Source: Phycisphaerae bacterium (lineage in GTDB: Bacteria; Planctomycetota; Phycisphaerae; UBA1845; Fen-1342). Taken from it: 64,000 bases of DNA. The notes below the pieces were generated by a model. That model did no database searches. It saw only the letters and a list, made by a program, of their open reading frames with translations, and was not told the origin of the DNA. The stretch covers positions 32,001-96,000 of the forward strand of contig JASFQK010000002.1 in NCBI GenBank assembly GCA_050115495.1, written 5' to 3'. A program made the position numbers and the translations under genes. Positions 47,664-56,735 of this stretch are shown one piece after another. Position 1 is the stretch's first letter. Each line of letters begins with the position of its first letter.

Positions 47664-48641
47664 ATGGCAGACCCGATCCAGGAAACGCTCGGCCAGCGCC
47701 TTCCGCCGTTGATCACGCGCGTGCCGCCGCCGGGTCCGCCGCCGGCGAAGAGGGGCCCCGTCGGGACGGCCGCAGTGCTGGCGCTCCTGGCGGTGCTTTT
47801 CCTTGTCATCGGGGGATCGGATTGGCCGGAGAAGTGGTTCACGCTGTCGGGCAAGATTCTGCTGGGGACGGTGGTGTTGTCCGGCCTCGTCGCGTGGTTC
47901 CAAGACCGGCAGATGCAGCGCGCGGGTCTAGAGCGAGCAGCGCACGCGGCGCAGTTCGCTGAATGGGAGGCGGACCCGCTTGCCAGAACGCTCTCGGCGC
48001 TGTGGAGTCCGCCGCACGCGTTGCTCCACGTCAAGACCGCGCTGATGGCCATCGGTGGCGCGCCGGAAGCGGATCCGCCGCGGGCTCGCCTTGTTTGCAT
48101 CGGTGGGGTCGACTTGCCGGAGATCGGCGACTATCGCTTCGAGCCGGTGATCATCACGCCGACGCGGTTTCTGGGGCGACAGCTCTGGCTGGCGGGGCTG
48201 GCGTCGCTGGTCTTCGCGTTCCCGGCGGGGCGTGCCGCGTACTCCGCTTTCTCCAGTGGCGGAGACCCTGTGGGACCGCTCTTCATGTTCTTGTGCGCCG
48301 CTGCTACGCTCCCAGCCGCCTGGGTCTGGCGGTCGGCGATTCGACCCACGTACATTCGCCTGGCCCCTGGCATGGTGCAAATCGTCACGTTCCCGTTTGG
48401 CCGGGGGAAGCCGAATATTCGCAGTTACCCCATGAGCGCGGGGACCGTCGTGCTCGTGCAGCGGCTGCCGGGTGCGCGGGCACGCCTGCCGCGGGTGATC
48501 ACCCTCGCCCGCGACGGGCAGCGCGACGACCTGCCCCTCTGGCAGATGAGCGGCCGGGCGGAACTAACGGAGCGCCTTTGGCAGGCCCTCCTCTCCACCG
48601 CACCCACGCCGCCGTTGAGCGATGAGGAGCTGCTCGGCTGA
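47664..48641 (+). CDS. Uncharacterised 4-TM membrane protein, tandem paralog 4 of 4
   Basis: Same conserved blocks; closest to paralog 3 (LSALWSPP, FLGRQLWLA, SYPMSAGTVVLVQRLPG). Confidence 0.85.
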   Translation: MADPIQETLGQRLPPLITRVPPPGPPPAKRGPVGTAAVLALLAVLFLVIGGSDWPEKWFTLSGKILLGTVVLSGLVAWFQDRQMQRAGLERAAHAAQFAEWEADPLARTLSALWSPPHALLHVKTALMAIGGAPEADPPRARLVCIGGVDLPEIGDYRFEPVIITPTRFLGRQLWLAGLASLVFAFPAGRAAYSAFSSGGDPVGPLFMFLCAAATLPAAWVWRSAIRPTYIRLAPGMVQIVTFPFGRGKPNIRSYPMSAGTVVLVQRLPGARARLPRVITLARDGQRDDLPLWQMSGRAELTERLWQALLSTAPTPPLSDEELLG

Positions 48642-48706
48642 CTGCTTCGGCGGGCTGGGTTATCGGACAGCCAGCCTTAATTAACAGTGGTGGGCGCGGG
48701 TGGAAT

Positions 48707-48733
48707 CCAGCTTGCTCTAAACCACACCGATAG
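48707..48733 (+). promoter_or_regulatory. Putative sigma28 promoter of fliD
   Basis: CCAG-N15-ACCGATAG; fliD is a classic sigma28 target. Confidence 0.5.
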
Positions 48734-48795
48734 TCGGACCAGACAACGGCTCACCGTGCGCCGCCGCCCGCGACGCACGCCCCAGGAGGATTGCC

Positions 48796-51700
48796 GTGGG
48801 CACGATTACGACCGGTGTAGGGCTGTATTCGGGGCTGGACTATGCCAGCCTGGTGGACCAGCTCATCGCCCTGGACGCCGCGCCGCGCGACCAGATCGTC
48901 ACGCGGATCAGCAATATCGACGCGCAAAGATCGGCGTACATGGACATTTCTGCGCGTATCTCGGCCGTCCTGGCGCGCATCAAAACGCTGACCAAGCCGA
49001 GTTTCTTCCGCACGAACGTGGCCAGCTCGTCGAACTCGGCCGTGATGTCGGCGACCGCCGGCGAGGGGGCCGAGGCGGGCTCGTACAGCTTCGTCGTTCG
49101 CTCGCTGGCCACCCGGCACCAGTTGCTGAGCCGGGGCTTCTCCAGCCCCACGGCGTCGGTGCCCGCCGGCACGTTCACCATCGAATCCTCGCAGGCCCGC
49201 GTGAACCAGGAGACCACGCTCGACGAGCTGAACGGCTACACGGGCGTGCAGCGCGGTTCGCTGCGCATCATCGACGGCGAGGGCAACGAGGCGGTCATCA
49301 GCATCGGCGATGCCCGCACGCTCGACGACGTGCTCGACCGCATCAACGCCGCCGACATCGACGTCACCGCCGAGCTGCGCGGCGAGGGCATCGTCTTGCA
49401 GGACACGAGCGGCGGCTCCGGCGGTATCCGCGTCCGCGAGGTGGACGGCGGGCACACCGCCGCCGACCTCGGCTTCGGCGCCGGCCACACCTTCGACGCC
49501 GGCGGCGAACTCACTGGCAGCGACGTGCTCTTCCTCTCCGAAACCACGCCGCTCGACGCCCTCAACGACGGGCTGGGCATTCGGCGGGCGGCCGCCGGCA
49601 CCGACTTCACGATTCAATCGAGCACGCCCGGCGTGCAGGTCAAAGTCGAGCTCAGCGAGATTCTCAAGGGCTCGACCAAGCTGGCCCGTCTGAACCACGG
49701 CGCCGGCGTCGAGCTCGGCTCGATCCGCATCACCGCGCGAAACGGCGTCACCACCGAGGTCGATCTCAGCGAAGCGGAGACGGTGCAGGACATCAAGGAC
49801 ACGATTGAAGGGGCCGTCTCCGGCGTGTCGCTGGTCATGGCCGGCGATCACCTCGTGCTCAGCGATACCAGCGGGGCGACCGACAGCGATCTCGTCGTGC
49901 AGGACGCCTCCGGGCACGCCGCCCGCGACCTCGGTATTCTGGGCACCGCCACCAGCACGAAGATCACCGGCCGCCAGATTCTCCACGTGGACACGATGGC
50001 CGACGTCATCGCCGCGATCAACTACGGCGAAGGCAACGTCACCGACGAGGGCGGCACGCCCGTCATCGAGGCTTTCCTCGACTCGCAGACGCACCGCCTG
50101 ACCATCCGGGACAACGGCGGCGGCACGTTCCCCGAGACGATCATCCAGGCCGGCGAGAGCTCGCAGGCCCTCTACGATCTCGGCTTCGAGCCGGGCGAGT
50201 ACGACGCCACGGGCAACGGCCTGGCCAGCAAACGCGTCATGGGCGGCATCAACACGACCATGTTGAAGACGCTGAACGGCGGCAACGGCTTCACCGGCGG
50301 TACGATTCACATCGCCGCCAACGGCGCCGCCGCCGACGTGGACCTGAGCGGCGCCGAGACGCTGCGTGACGTCATCGACCGAATCAACGAGGCGTCGGCC
50401 ACGCACGGTCTCGGCATCGAGGCCCTGGCCGACTCCGCCGGCACGCGCCTGGTGATCAACAGCACGACTGACGATCCCGGCACGATCACCATCAGCGACG
50501 TCGACGGTGACTTCGCCGAGGCGACCGGCCTGGCCGGCAGCGCCGAGCACCTGCGCAGCGCCAACCTTCAGCGCCAGTACATGAACGAGAATACGCTGCT
50601 GGACGACCTGAACGGCGGCGACGGCGTCACCCTCGGCAAGATGCGGATCACCAACTCAAACGGCGCCGTCAGCGTCATCAACCTGGCCACCGACGGGGCC
50701 GAGACACTCGGCGATGTGATCGACGCCATCAACGCCCTCAACGGCGTCGAGGCTCGCATCAACGACACCGGCGACGGCCTGGTGATTATCGACACCGCCG
50801 GCGGCACCGGGAAACTCACCATCGAGGAGGACGGCAGCTCGACCGCCGCCGACCTCAACCTGCTCGGCACGGCAGACGAGGACCGCCTCGACGGCTCCTT
50901 CGAGTTCGAGATCACCAGCCACGGCGGCGAGACGCTCAGCGACCTGGTCAGCCAGATCAACGGCACCACGCTGGCCAAGGCCAGCCTGATCAACGACGGC
51001 TCGGCCGTCGCCCCGTACCGGCTGAGCATCACCTCGCGGATGACCGGGCGGGTCGGTGAGCTGATCCTCGACGGTGGCGACACGGACTTCGACTTCGCCA
51101 CGATGACCCGCGCCCAGGATGCCAGCGTCGTGCTCGGCGACTCGGTCAACGGCGGCGTGCTGGTGACCAGCTCGAACAACACGCTGACCGACGTGGTGCC
51201 CGGGCTGACGCTGAACCTGACGGCCGTGGACGACGAGCCGGTCACCATCACCGTGGACCGTGACCTGAGCACGCTGACCACGACGCTGGCCGGGATGGTC
51301 GAGTCGTACAACAGCCTGATGGACCGGATCGACGAACTGAGCGGCTACAACGCCGAAACGGAAGAGGCGGGCATCCTGCTGGGCGACGGGACGCTGCAAT
51401 TGGTCGAAACCCGGCTGATGCGTTCCTTCAACGGCAGCGTGTCCGGCGCCGGCAGCCTCATCACGCGGCTATCGCAGGTCGGCGTGAAGCTCAGCGAGGG
51501 GCAACTGACCTTCGACGAGACGAAGTTTCTCGAAGCCTACAATGAGGATCCGGAAGACGTTATTCGCTTTTTCACCGCAGAGGATAACGGCCTGGCGGTG
51601 AAGCTCGAGGATCAACTGGAGTACATGACCGAGAGCCAGGGCCTGCTCGACCGGCGGGACAGTGCCCTCGAATCGCAGCGCGAGATGCTCAGCACACGCG

Positions 51701-51849
51701 TCGAGCAGCTCAACGAGCTGCTGGAGGCGAAACGCGAGCGCATGCTGAACCAGTTCATCACCATGGAGCAGACGCTCGGCCAGTTGCAGTCGCAGCAAAC
51801 GGCTTTGCAGAACCTCTCGGATTCGATTTCGTCGATGTACTCGAGCTAG
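48796..51849 (+). CDS. fliD: Flagellar filament capping protein FliD (greatly extended)
   Basis: GLYSGLDYASLVDQLI N-domain; AQDASV, SSNNTLTDVVPGLTLNL, VESYNSL, GILLGD, QFITMEQ C-domain; AGGAGG RBS with GTG start; followed by fliS. Confidence 0.93.
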   Translation: MGTITTGVGLYSGLDYASLVDQLIALDAAPRDQIVTRISNIDAQRSAYMDISARISAVLARIKTLTKPSFFRTNVASSSNSAVMSATAGEGAEAGSYSFVVRSLATRHQLLSRGFSSPTASVPAGTFTIESSQARVNQETTLDELNGYTGVQRGSLRIIDGEGNEAVISIGDARTLDDVLDRINAADIDVTAELRGEGIVLQDTSGGSGGIRVREVDGGHTAADLGFGAGHTFDAGGELTGSDVLFLSETTPLDALNDGLGIRRAAAGTDFTIQSSTPGVQVKVELSEILKGSTKLARLNHGAGVELGSIRITARNGVTTEVDLSEAETVQDIKDTIEGAVSGVSLVMAGDHLVLSDTSGATDSDLVVQDASGHAARDLGILGTATSTKITGRQILHVDTMADVIAAINYGEGNVTDEGGTPVIEAFLDSQTHRLTIRDNGGGTFPETIIQAGESSQALYDLGFEPGEYDATGNGLASKRVMGGINTTMLKTLNGGNGFTGGTIHIAANGAAADVDLSGAETLRDVIDRINEASATHGLGIEALADSAGTRLVINSTTDDPGTITISDVDGDFAEATGLAGSAEHLRSANLQRQYMNENTLLDDLNGGDGVTLGKMRITNSNGAVSVINLATDGAETLGDVIDAINALNGVEARINDTGDGLVIIDTAGGTGKLTIEEDGSSTAADLNLLGTADEDRLDGSFEFEITSHGGETLSDLVSQINGTTLAKASLINDGSAVAPYRLSITSRMTGRVGELILDGGDTDFDFATMTRAQDASVVLGDSVNGGVLVTSSNNTLTDVVPGLTLNLTAVDDEPVTITVDRDLSTLTTTLAGMVESYNSLMDRIDELSGYNAETEEAGILLGDGTLQLVETRLMRSFNGSVSGAGSLITRLSQVGVKLSEGQLTFDETKFLEAYNEDPEDVIRFFTAEDNGLAVKLEDQLEYMTESQGLLDRRDSALESQREMLSTRVEQLNELLEAKRERMLNQFITMEQTLGQLQSQQTALQNLSDSISSMYSS

Positions 51850-51913
51850 AACCAGGCGCGTGCGCGGCCGGGACGTACTAACGGGAGCACCGCGACAGAC
51901 CGATACTGCCGAC

Positions 51914-52381
51914 ATGAGTTACGCACCGGATGGCTCCAGGGAGTACCTCAAGAACGCGGTCATGACCGCCAACTCCGAGCAGTTGCACCTCATGCTGCTC
52001 GACGGCGCCATCCGTTTCACTGTCCAGGCCCGCGACGCCATCGAACGCCAGGATCACGAGACGACCTTCACTGCCCTCGACCGGGCGCAGCGGATCCTTC
52101 TCGAGCTCTCCGGCGGTCTGGTCCGCGACGTGAACCCGGAACTTGTGGACCGCATGGCCGCGCTATACGCGTTCATCTACCGCCGGCTGGTCGACGCGGC
52201 CATGAACCGCGACGTGGTGGCCGTGGACGAGGCCTTGCGGATCCTGCGGCACCAGCGGGAGACCTGGGCCATTCTGACGGAGAAGGTCCGGCAGCAGCCG
52301 TCGAGCTTCCAGCCTGAGCCGGCTCCGGCCCCCGCGGCGACCGACGACGAGCCCGCGGGCCGCTTCGTCGCCGAGGGTTGA
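51914..52381 (+). CDS. fliS: Flagellar export chaperone FliS
   Basis: YLKNAVMTANSEQLHLMLLDGAIRF, RAQRILLEL, ALYAFIYRRL, RETW. Confidence 0.93.
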   Translation: MSYAPDGSREYLKNAVMTANSEQLHLMLLDGAIRFTVQARDAIERQDHETTFTALDRAQRILLELSGGLVRDVNPELVDRMAALYAFIYRRLVDAAMNRDVVAVDEALRILRHQRETWAILTEKVRQQPSSFQPEPAPAPAATDDEPAGRFVAEG

Positions 52382-52565
52382 TCCCCCCAACTCAGCAATT
52401 GGGGCTTCGGAGGGTACGAGGCGGAAATCACGCTGATAATGGTGTAGAAAACTGTCGGCCCCCGGGCGGACGGATACGGCTTGCCCCGGTCGGGTCGACA
52501 GAAAGCCTCATCTTTTATATGATCCCCGCCCTGAGGAGTCGTGAACAGGTCGTGAGGATCGCCCC

Positions 52566-53753
52566 ATGTCCGACGTCTGCAACATCGCGTTGATCGGGCA
52601 GAAGTTTATGGGACGGGCGCATAGCAACGCCTATCTCAAGGCTGGCCGGTTCTTCAACCTGCCGAAGCGGCCCGTGATGCACACCATCGCCGGTCTCGAC
52701 CTCATCTCGCTGGCGCCGTTCGCCGACCGCTGGGGCTGGAAGAAGTACAGCACCCAATGGAAGGATGTCGTCAAGGACAGCGAGATCGACCTCGTCGACG
52801 TCAGCACGCCCAATTACATGCACGGGGAGCAATCGCTGGCGGCTTTGGCGGCGGGGAAACATGTGGCCTGCGAGAAGCCACTGGCCGGCACGCTCCGCGA
52901 CGCCCGGGCCATGAAGAACGCCGCCGTGCGGGCCAAGAAATGCAAGACGTTCGTCTGGTATAACTACCGGCGTTGTCCGGCCGTAGCGCTCGCGCACCGG
53001 CTGGTTGCCGAGGGGGCCCTGGGGACGATCTACCATGTGCGGGCGAACTATCTCCAGAGCTGGGGTGGGCCGGAGACGCCGCTGGGTTGGCGGTTTCAGA
53101 AGAAATATGCCGGGTCCGGGGCGCATGGTGACCTGAATGCCCACATCATCGACATGGCCCGGTTCATCACAGGGCATGAGATTGTAGAGGTGACGGGGGC
53201 GATCGCCGAGACGTTTGTGCACGAGCGGCCGCTGCCGCAGACGCCGGGCAAGGCTGCGTCGGGAGCGGTGACGCGTCGTCGTCGGCAGGTGGGCAAGAGC
53301 GACGTGGACGATGCTGTGCTGTTCCTGGCGCGTTTCCACGGTGGTGCGATCGGCACGTTCGAGGCGACCCGTCTGGCCAGCGGACACCAGAACAACAACC
53401 AGATCGAGATCAACGGCGAATTGGGCGCGATCCGCTTCGGCTTCGAAGACATGAACGTGCTGTGGTACTTCGACGCCCGCGAGCCGAAGCGGACGGCCGG
53501 CTGGCGGCGGATCATGTGCACCAGCGGCGGCGACCATCCCTACGCCGGCGCTTGGTGGCCCGACGCCCACGTGATCGGTTACGAACACACCTTCGTGAAT
53601 ATGGTCGCCGACATGATGGCCGTCCTGGCCGGCGAACAGCCCATCGTGCCGTTGCCGGACTTCGCCGACGCGTACGAGACACAGCGCGTGCTGGAGGCGG
53701 CCCTCCTGGCGGCCAAGCACCGGGCGGCGGTCAAGATCAGCGAGATCAAGTAG
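52566..53753 (+). CDS. Gfo/Idh/MocA family oxidoreductase
   Basis: ALIGQKFMGRAH, GKHVACEKP, YNYRRCPA, GAHGDLNAHIID. Confidence 0.92.
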   Translation: MSDVCNIALIGQKFMGRAHSNAYLKAGRFFNLPKRPVMHTIAGLDLISLAPFADRWGWKKYSTQWKDVVKDSEIDLVDVSTPNYMHGEQSLAALAAGKHVACEKPLAGTLRDARAMKNAAVRAKKCKTFVWYNYRRCPAVALAHRLVAEGALGTIYHVRANYLQSWGGPETPLGWRFQKKYAGSGAHGDLNAHIIDMARFITGHEIVEVTGAIAETFVHERPLPQTPGKAASGAVTRRRRQVGKSDVDDAVLFLARFHGGAIGTFEATRLASGHQNNNQIEINGELGAIRFGFEDMNVLWYFDAREPKRTAGWRRIMCTSGGDHPYAGAWWPDAHVIGYEHTFVNMVADMMAVLAGEQPIVPLPDFADAYETQRVLEAALLAAKHRAAVKISEIK

Positions 53754-53792
53754 CGCACGGCAGGGGGAAAGGAGTTCGGCTCCGCGCGATTC

Positions 53793-53898
53793 GTAGGGCG
53801 GGCTCGGCCCGCCGATCGTCGTTTCGCCGGCAGGTCGTTCCTTCGCGGGGTGAACGTTGGTTGCGCATAGAAGCGTCGGCGGGTGAAACCCGCCCTAC
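53793..53898. repeat. Inverted doublet of GTAG-type REPs (REPIN-like)
   Basis: GTAGGGCGGGCTCGGCCCGCC (53793-53813) and GGCGGGTGAAACCCGCCCTAC (53878-53898) in inverted orientation between convergent genes. Confidence 0.75.
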
Positions 53899-53921
53899 CT
53901 GTTGCGCTGCTGGATAGGGGG

Positions 53922-55202
<1,281 letters not shown>

Positions 55203-55344
55203 CAGGTCGCCTCAGTAGCCGTGCTTGCGGAGGATGAGTCCGTACTCTCCCTATCGACGGACCACGCCGTCCGCACATTTTTTATTTTAGTATGGACGGG
55301 GCGTCGTTCCAAGGCGGAAAGTCCCCCGGGCGCAGCGCGTGCGC

Positions 55345-55704
55345 CTAGTGGTCTTCTCGCCCGGCGGGATCGTCGCTCTCCACGTCGGCAGTGCCGTCGT
55401 CCAGCGGAGCGGCCAATTCGCTCTCAACCTGGCCGAGCAGGGCGGCGCGCAGCGTCCTGAACTCGTCCTCGGTGATCTTCTCCTCGGCCCGCATCTCGCG
55501 GAGATCCTGGAGCGTAAACGCTTCCGAACGCTGCTCCTGCCGCGCGTATCGCTTCGCCGCCCGGGTTGCCAGCAGCCCGCCCAGCCCGAGCACGGCCGCC
55601 ACGGCGAGCCACAGCCCGACATTGGCGATCGAACTGAAGTTCGTGCCGTCAGCGACAATAGCGCCGGCTATCAGTGTGGGATGCGTCACGGTTGGGCGTC
55701 TCAC
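55345..55704 (-). CDS. Small single-TM protein with SHOCT-like C-terminus
   Basis: One TM segment, then FTLQDLREMRAEEKITEDEFRTLRAALLG; start uncertain. Confidence 0.65.
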   Translation of the reverse strand: MRRPTVTHPTLIAGAIVADGTNFSSIANVGLWLAVAAVLGLGGLLATRAAKRYARQEQRSEAFTLQDLREMRAEEKITEDEFRTLRAALLGQVESELAAPLDDGTADVESDDPAGREDH

Positions 55705-55743
55705 GCTCGGCAGGCAGCGCGCCGGTCCGGCCGGCTTCCGACA

Positions 55744-56520
55744 TCAGGGGCCGACGGCTTCGTCTTGGACGTAGCCGCCGATCTGCTGGTGGACCAGCAA
55801 CGAGTTGTACACCACCAACGACTTGTTGAAGGGGTGGATGTGCCCCAGGCCGCCGTTGGCGACCCACGAGTCCGGCTCGACGGTGCCCTGGATCAGGTCG
55901 ATGATGACCTGGATGTCGGTGCCGGTGCCCTCCTGGTCGCGGCTTTCGTTCTGGTTGTTCTGGTTGCTCTGGAAGAGCTGGTTGTTGCCGCCGCCGCCGC
56001 CCTGGCCGCCCGACTGGTTGAGGGCCTGGGCCGGGTCCATGGTGGCCGCGTTGTTGAAGCGCGGCGCCGACGTGAGCAGGTCGGCCACGTCGTAGACTTT
56101 GACGATCATTTCCTGGCCGAGATCGTCCTGGGTCGAGAGGATCAGGAGCGAGCCGGCGGCCCGGTAAGCGAGGCGGACGTCACTGCCGGCGGCCTCGTTC
56201 ATGATCATCCAGAGCACCTGTGAGAGGCGCAGGTTCTTGACGCGGATGGTGAGGGGCTTGTCGCGCTCGATGCCGGCGTCCTCGATGATCTGCCAGCGGA
56301 CGACGACGTTGGCCCCGGTCAGTTCGCCTACCCATTCCATGATCTGCTCGAAGGGCACGCTCTCAAAGCTCACCTCGGGGATCCGCTGGTTGAGCAGACG
56401 GAGCGTGTTTGGTACCTGTGGCGGGGGCGTGGGCAGGTTGCGGTTGGACAGGGGAGCCTGGGCCATCGCCGGGGCACACAGCAGAAGGGCAATCGCCGCG
56501 ATCATCAGGCCTCTGGTCAT
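55744..56520 (-). CDS. Secreted protein with STN / secretin-N-like domains and no secretin barrel
   Basis: Signal peptide; SFESVPFEQIMEW...NVVVRW...L.VKNL.LSQVL; VKVYDVADLL; DLIQGTVEPDSW; AAGGAG RBS. Confidence 0.7.
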   Translation of the reverse strand: MTRGLMIAAIALLLCAPAMAQAPLSNRNLPTPPPQVPNTLRLLNQRIPEVSFESVPFEQIMEWVGELTGANVVVRWQIIEDAGIERDKPLTIRVKNLRLSQVLWMIMNEAAGSDVRLAYRAAGSLLILSTQDDLGQEMIVKVYDVADLLTSAPRFNNAATMDPAQALNQSGGQGGGGGNNQLFQSNQNNQNESRDQEGTGTDIQVIIDLIQGTVEPDSWVANGGLGHIHPFNKSLVVYNSLLVHQQIGGYVQDEAVGP

Positions 56521-56735
56521 GGTGCTACTCCTTGAGCATGAAACGCCGCCGGACCCATCCGGCGGGAACCGAAGCCTCCCCAGCGTCCTACCACATTCTA
56601 CATCGACCAAAGCCCTGGACCAGCCCAAAACGGACCCCGCGGGGCGTCGAAAAGAGGCCCAGGCACGTCGTCTGGGGCGGTTTCCGGGGCTTCCAGGGCC
56701 CTGGAGCCCGACGCTACCCCCTCGTCGATCGCCAT

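Noticed and set aside
44702..48641. Array considered as a DGR target set, integron cassettes or CRISPR
   Set aside because: No reverse transcriptase or integrase nearby, no attC-like palindromes in the 20-bp spacers, no adenine-specific variation evident by eye, and no short repeat-spacer structure
55251..55290. Sigma28-like -10 (GTCGATAG) upstream of clpX
   Set aside because: No matching -35 element at 15-bp spacing
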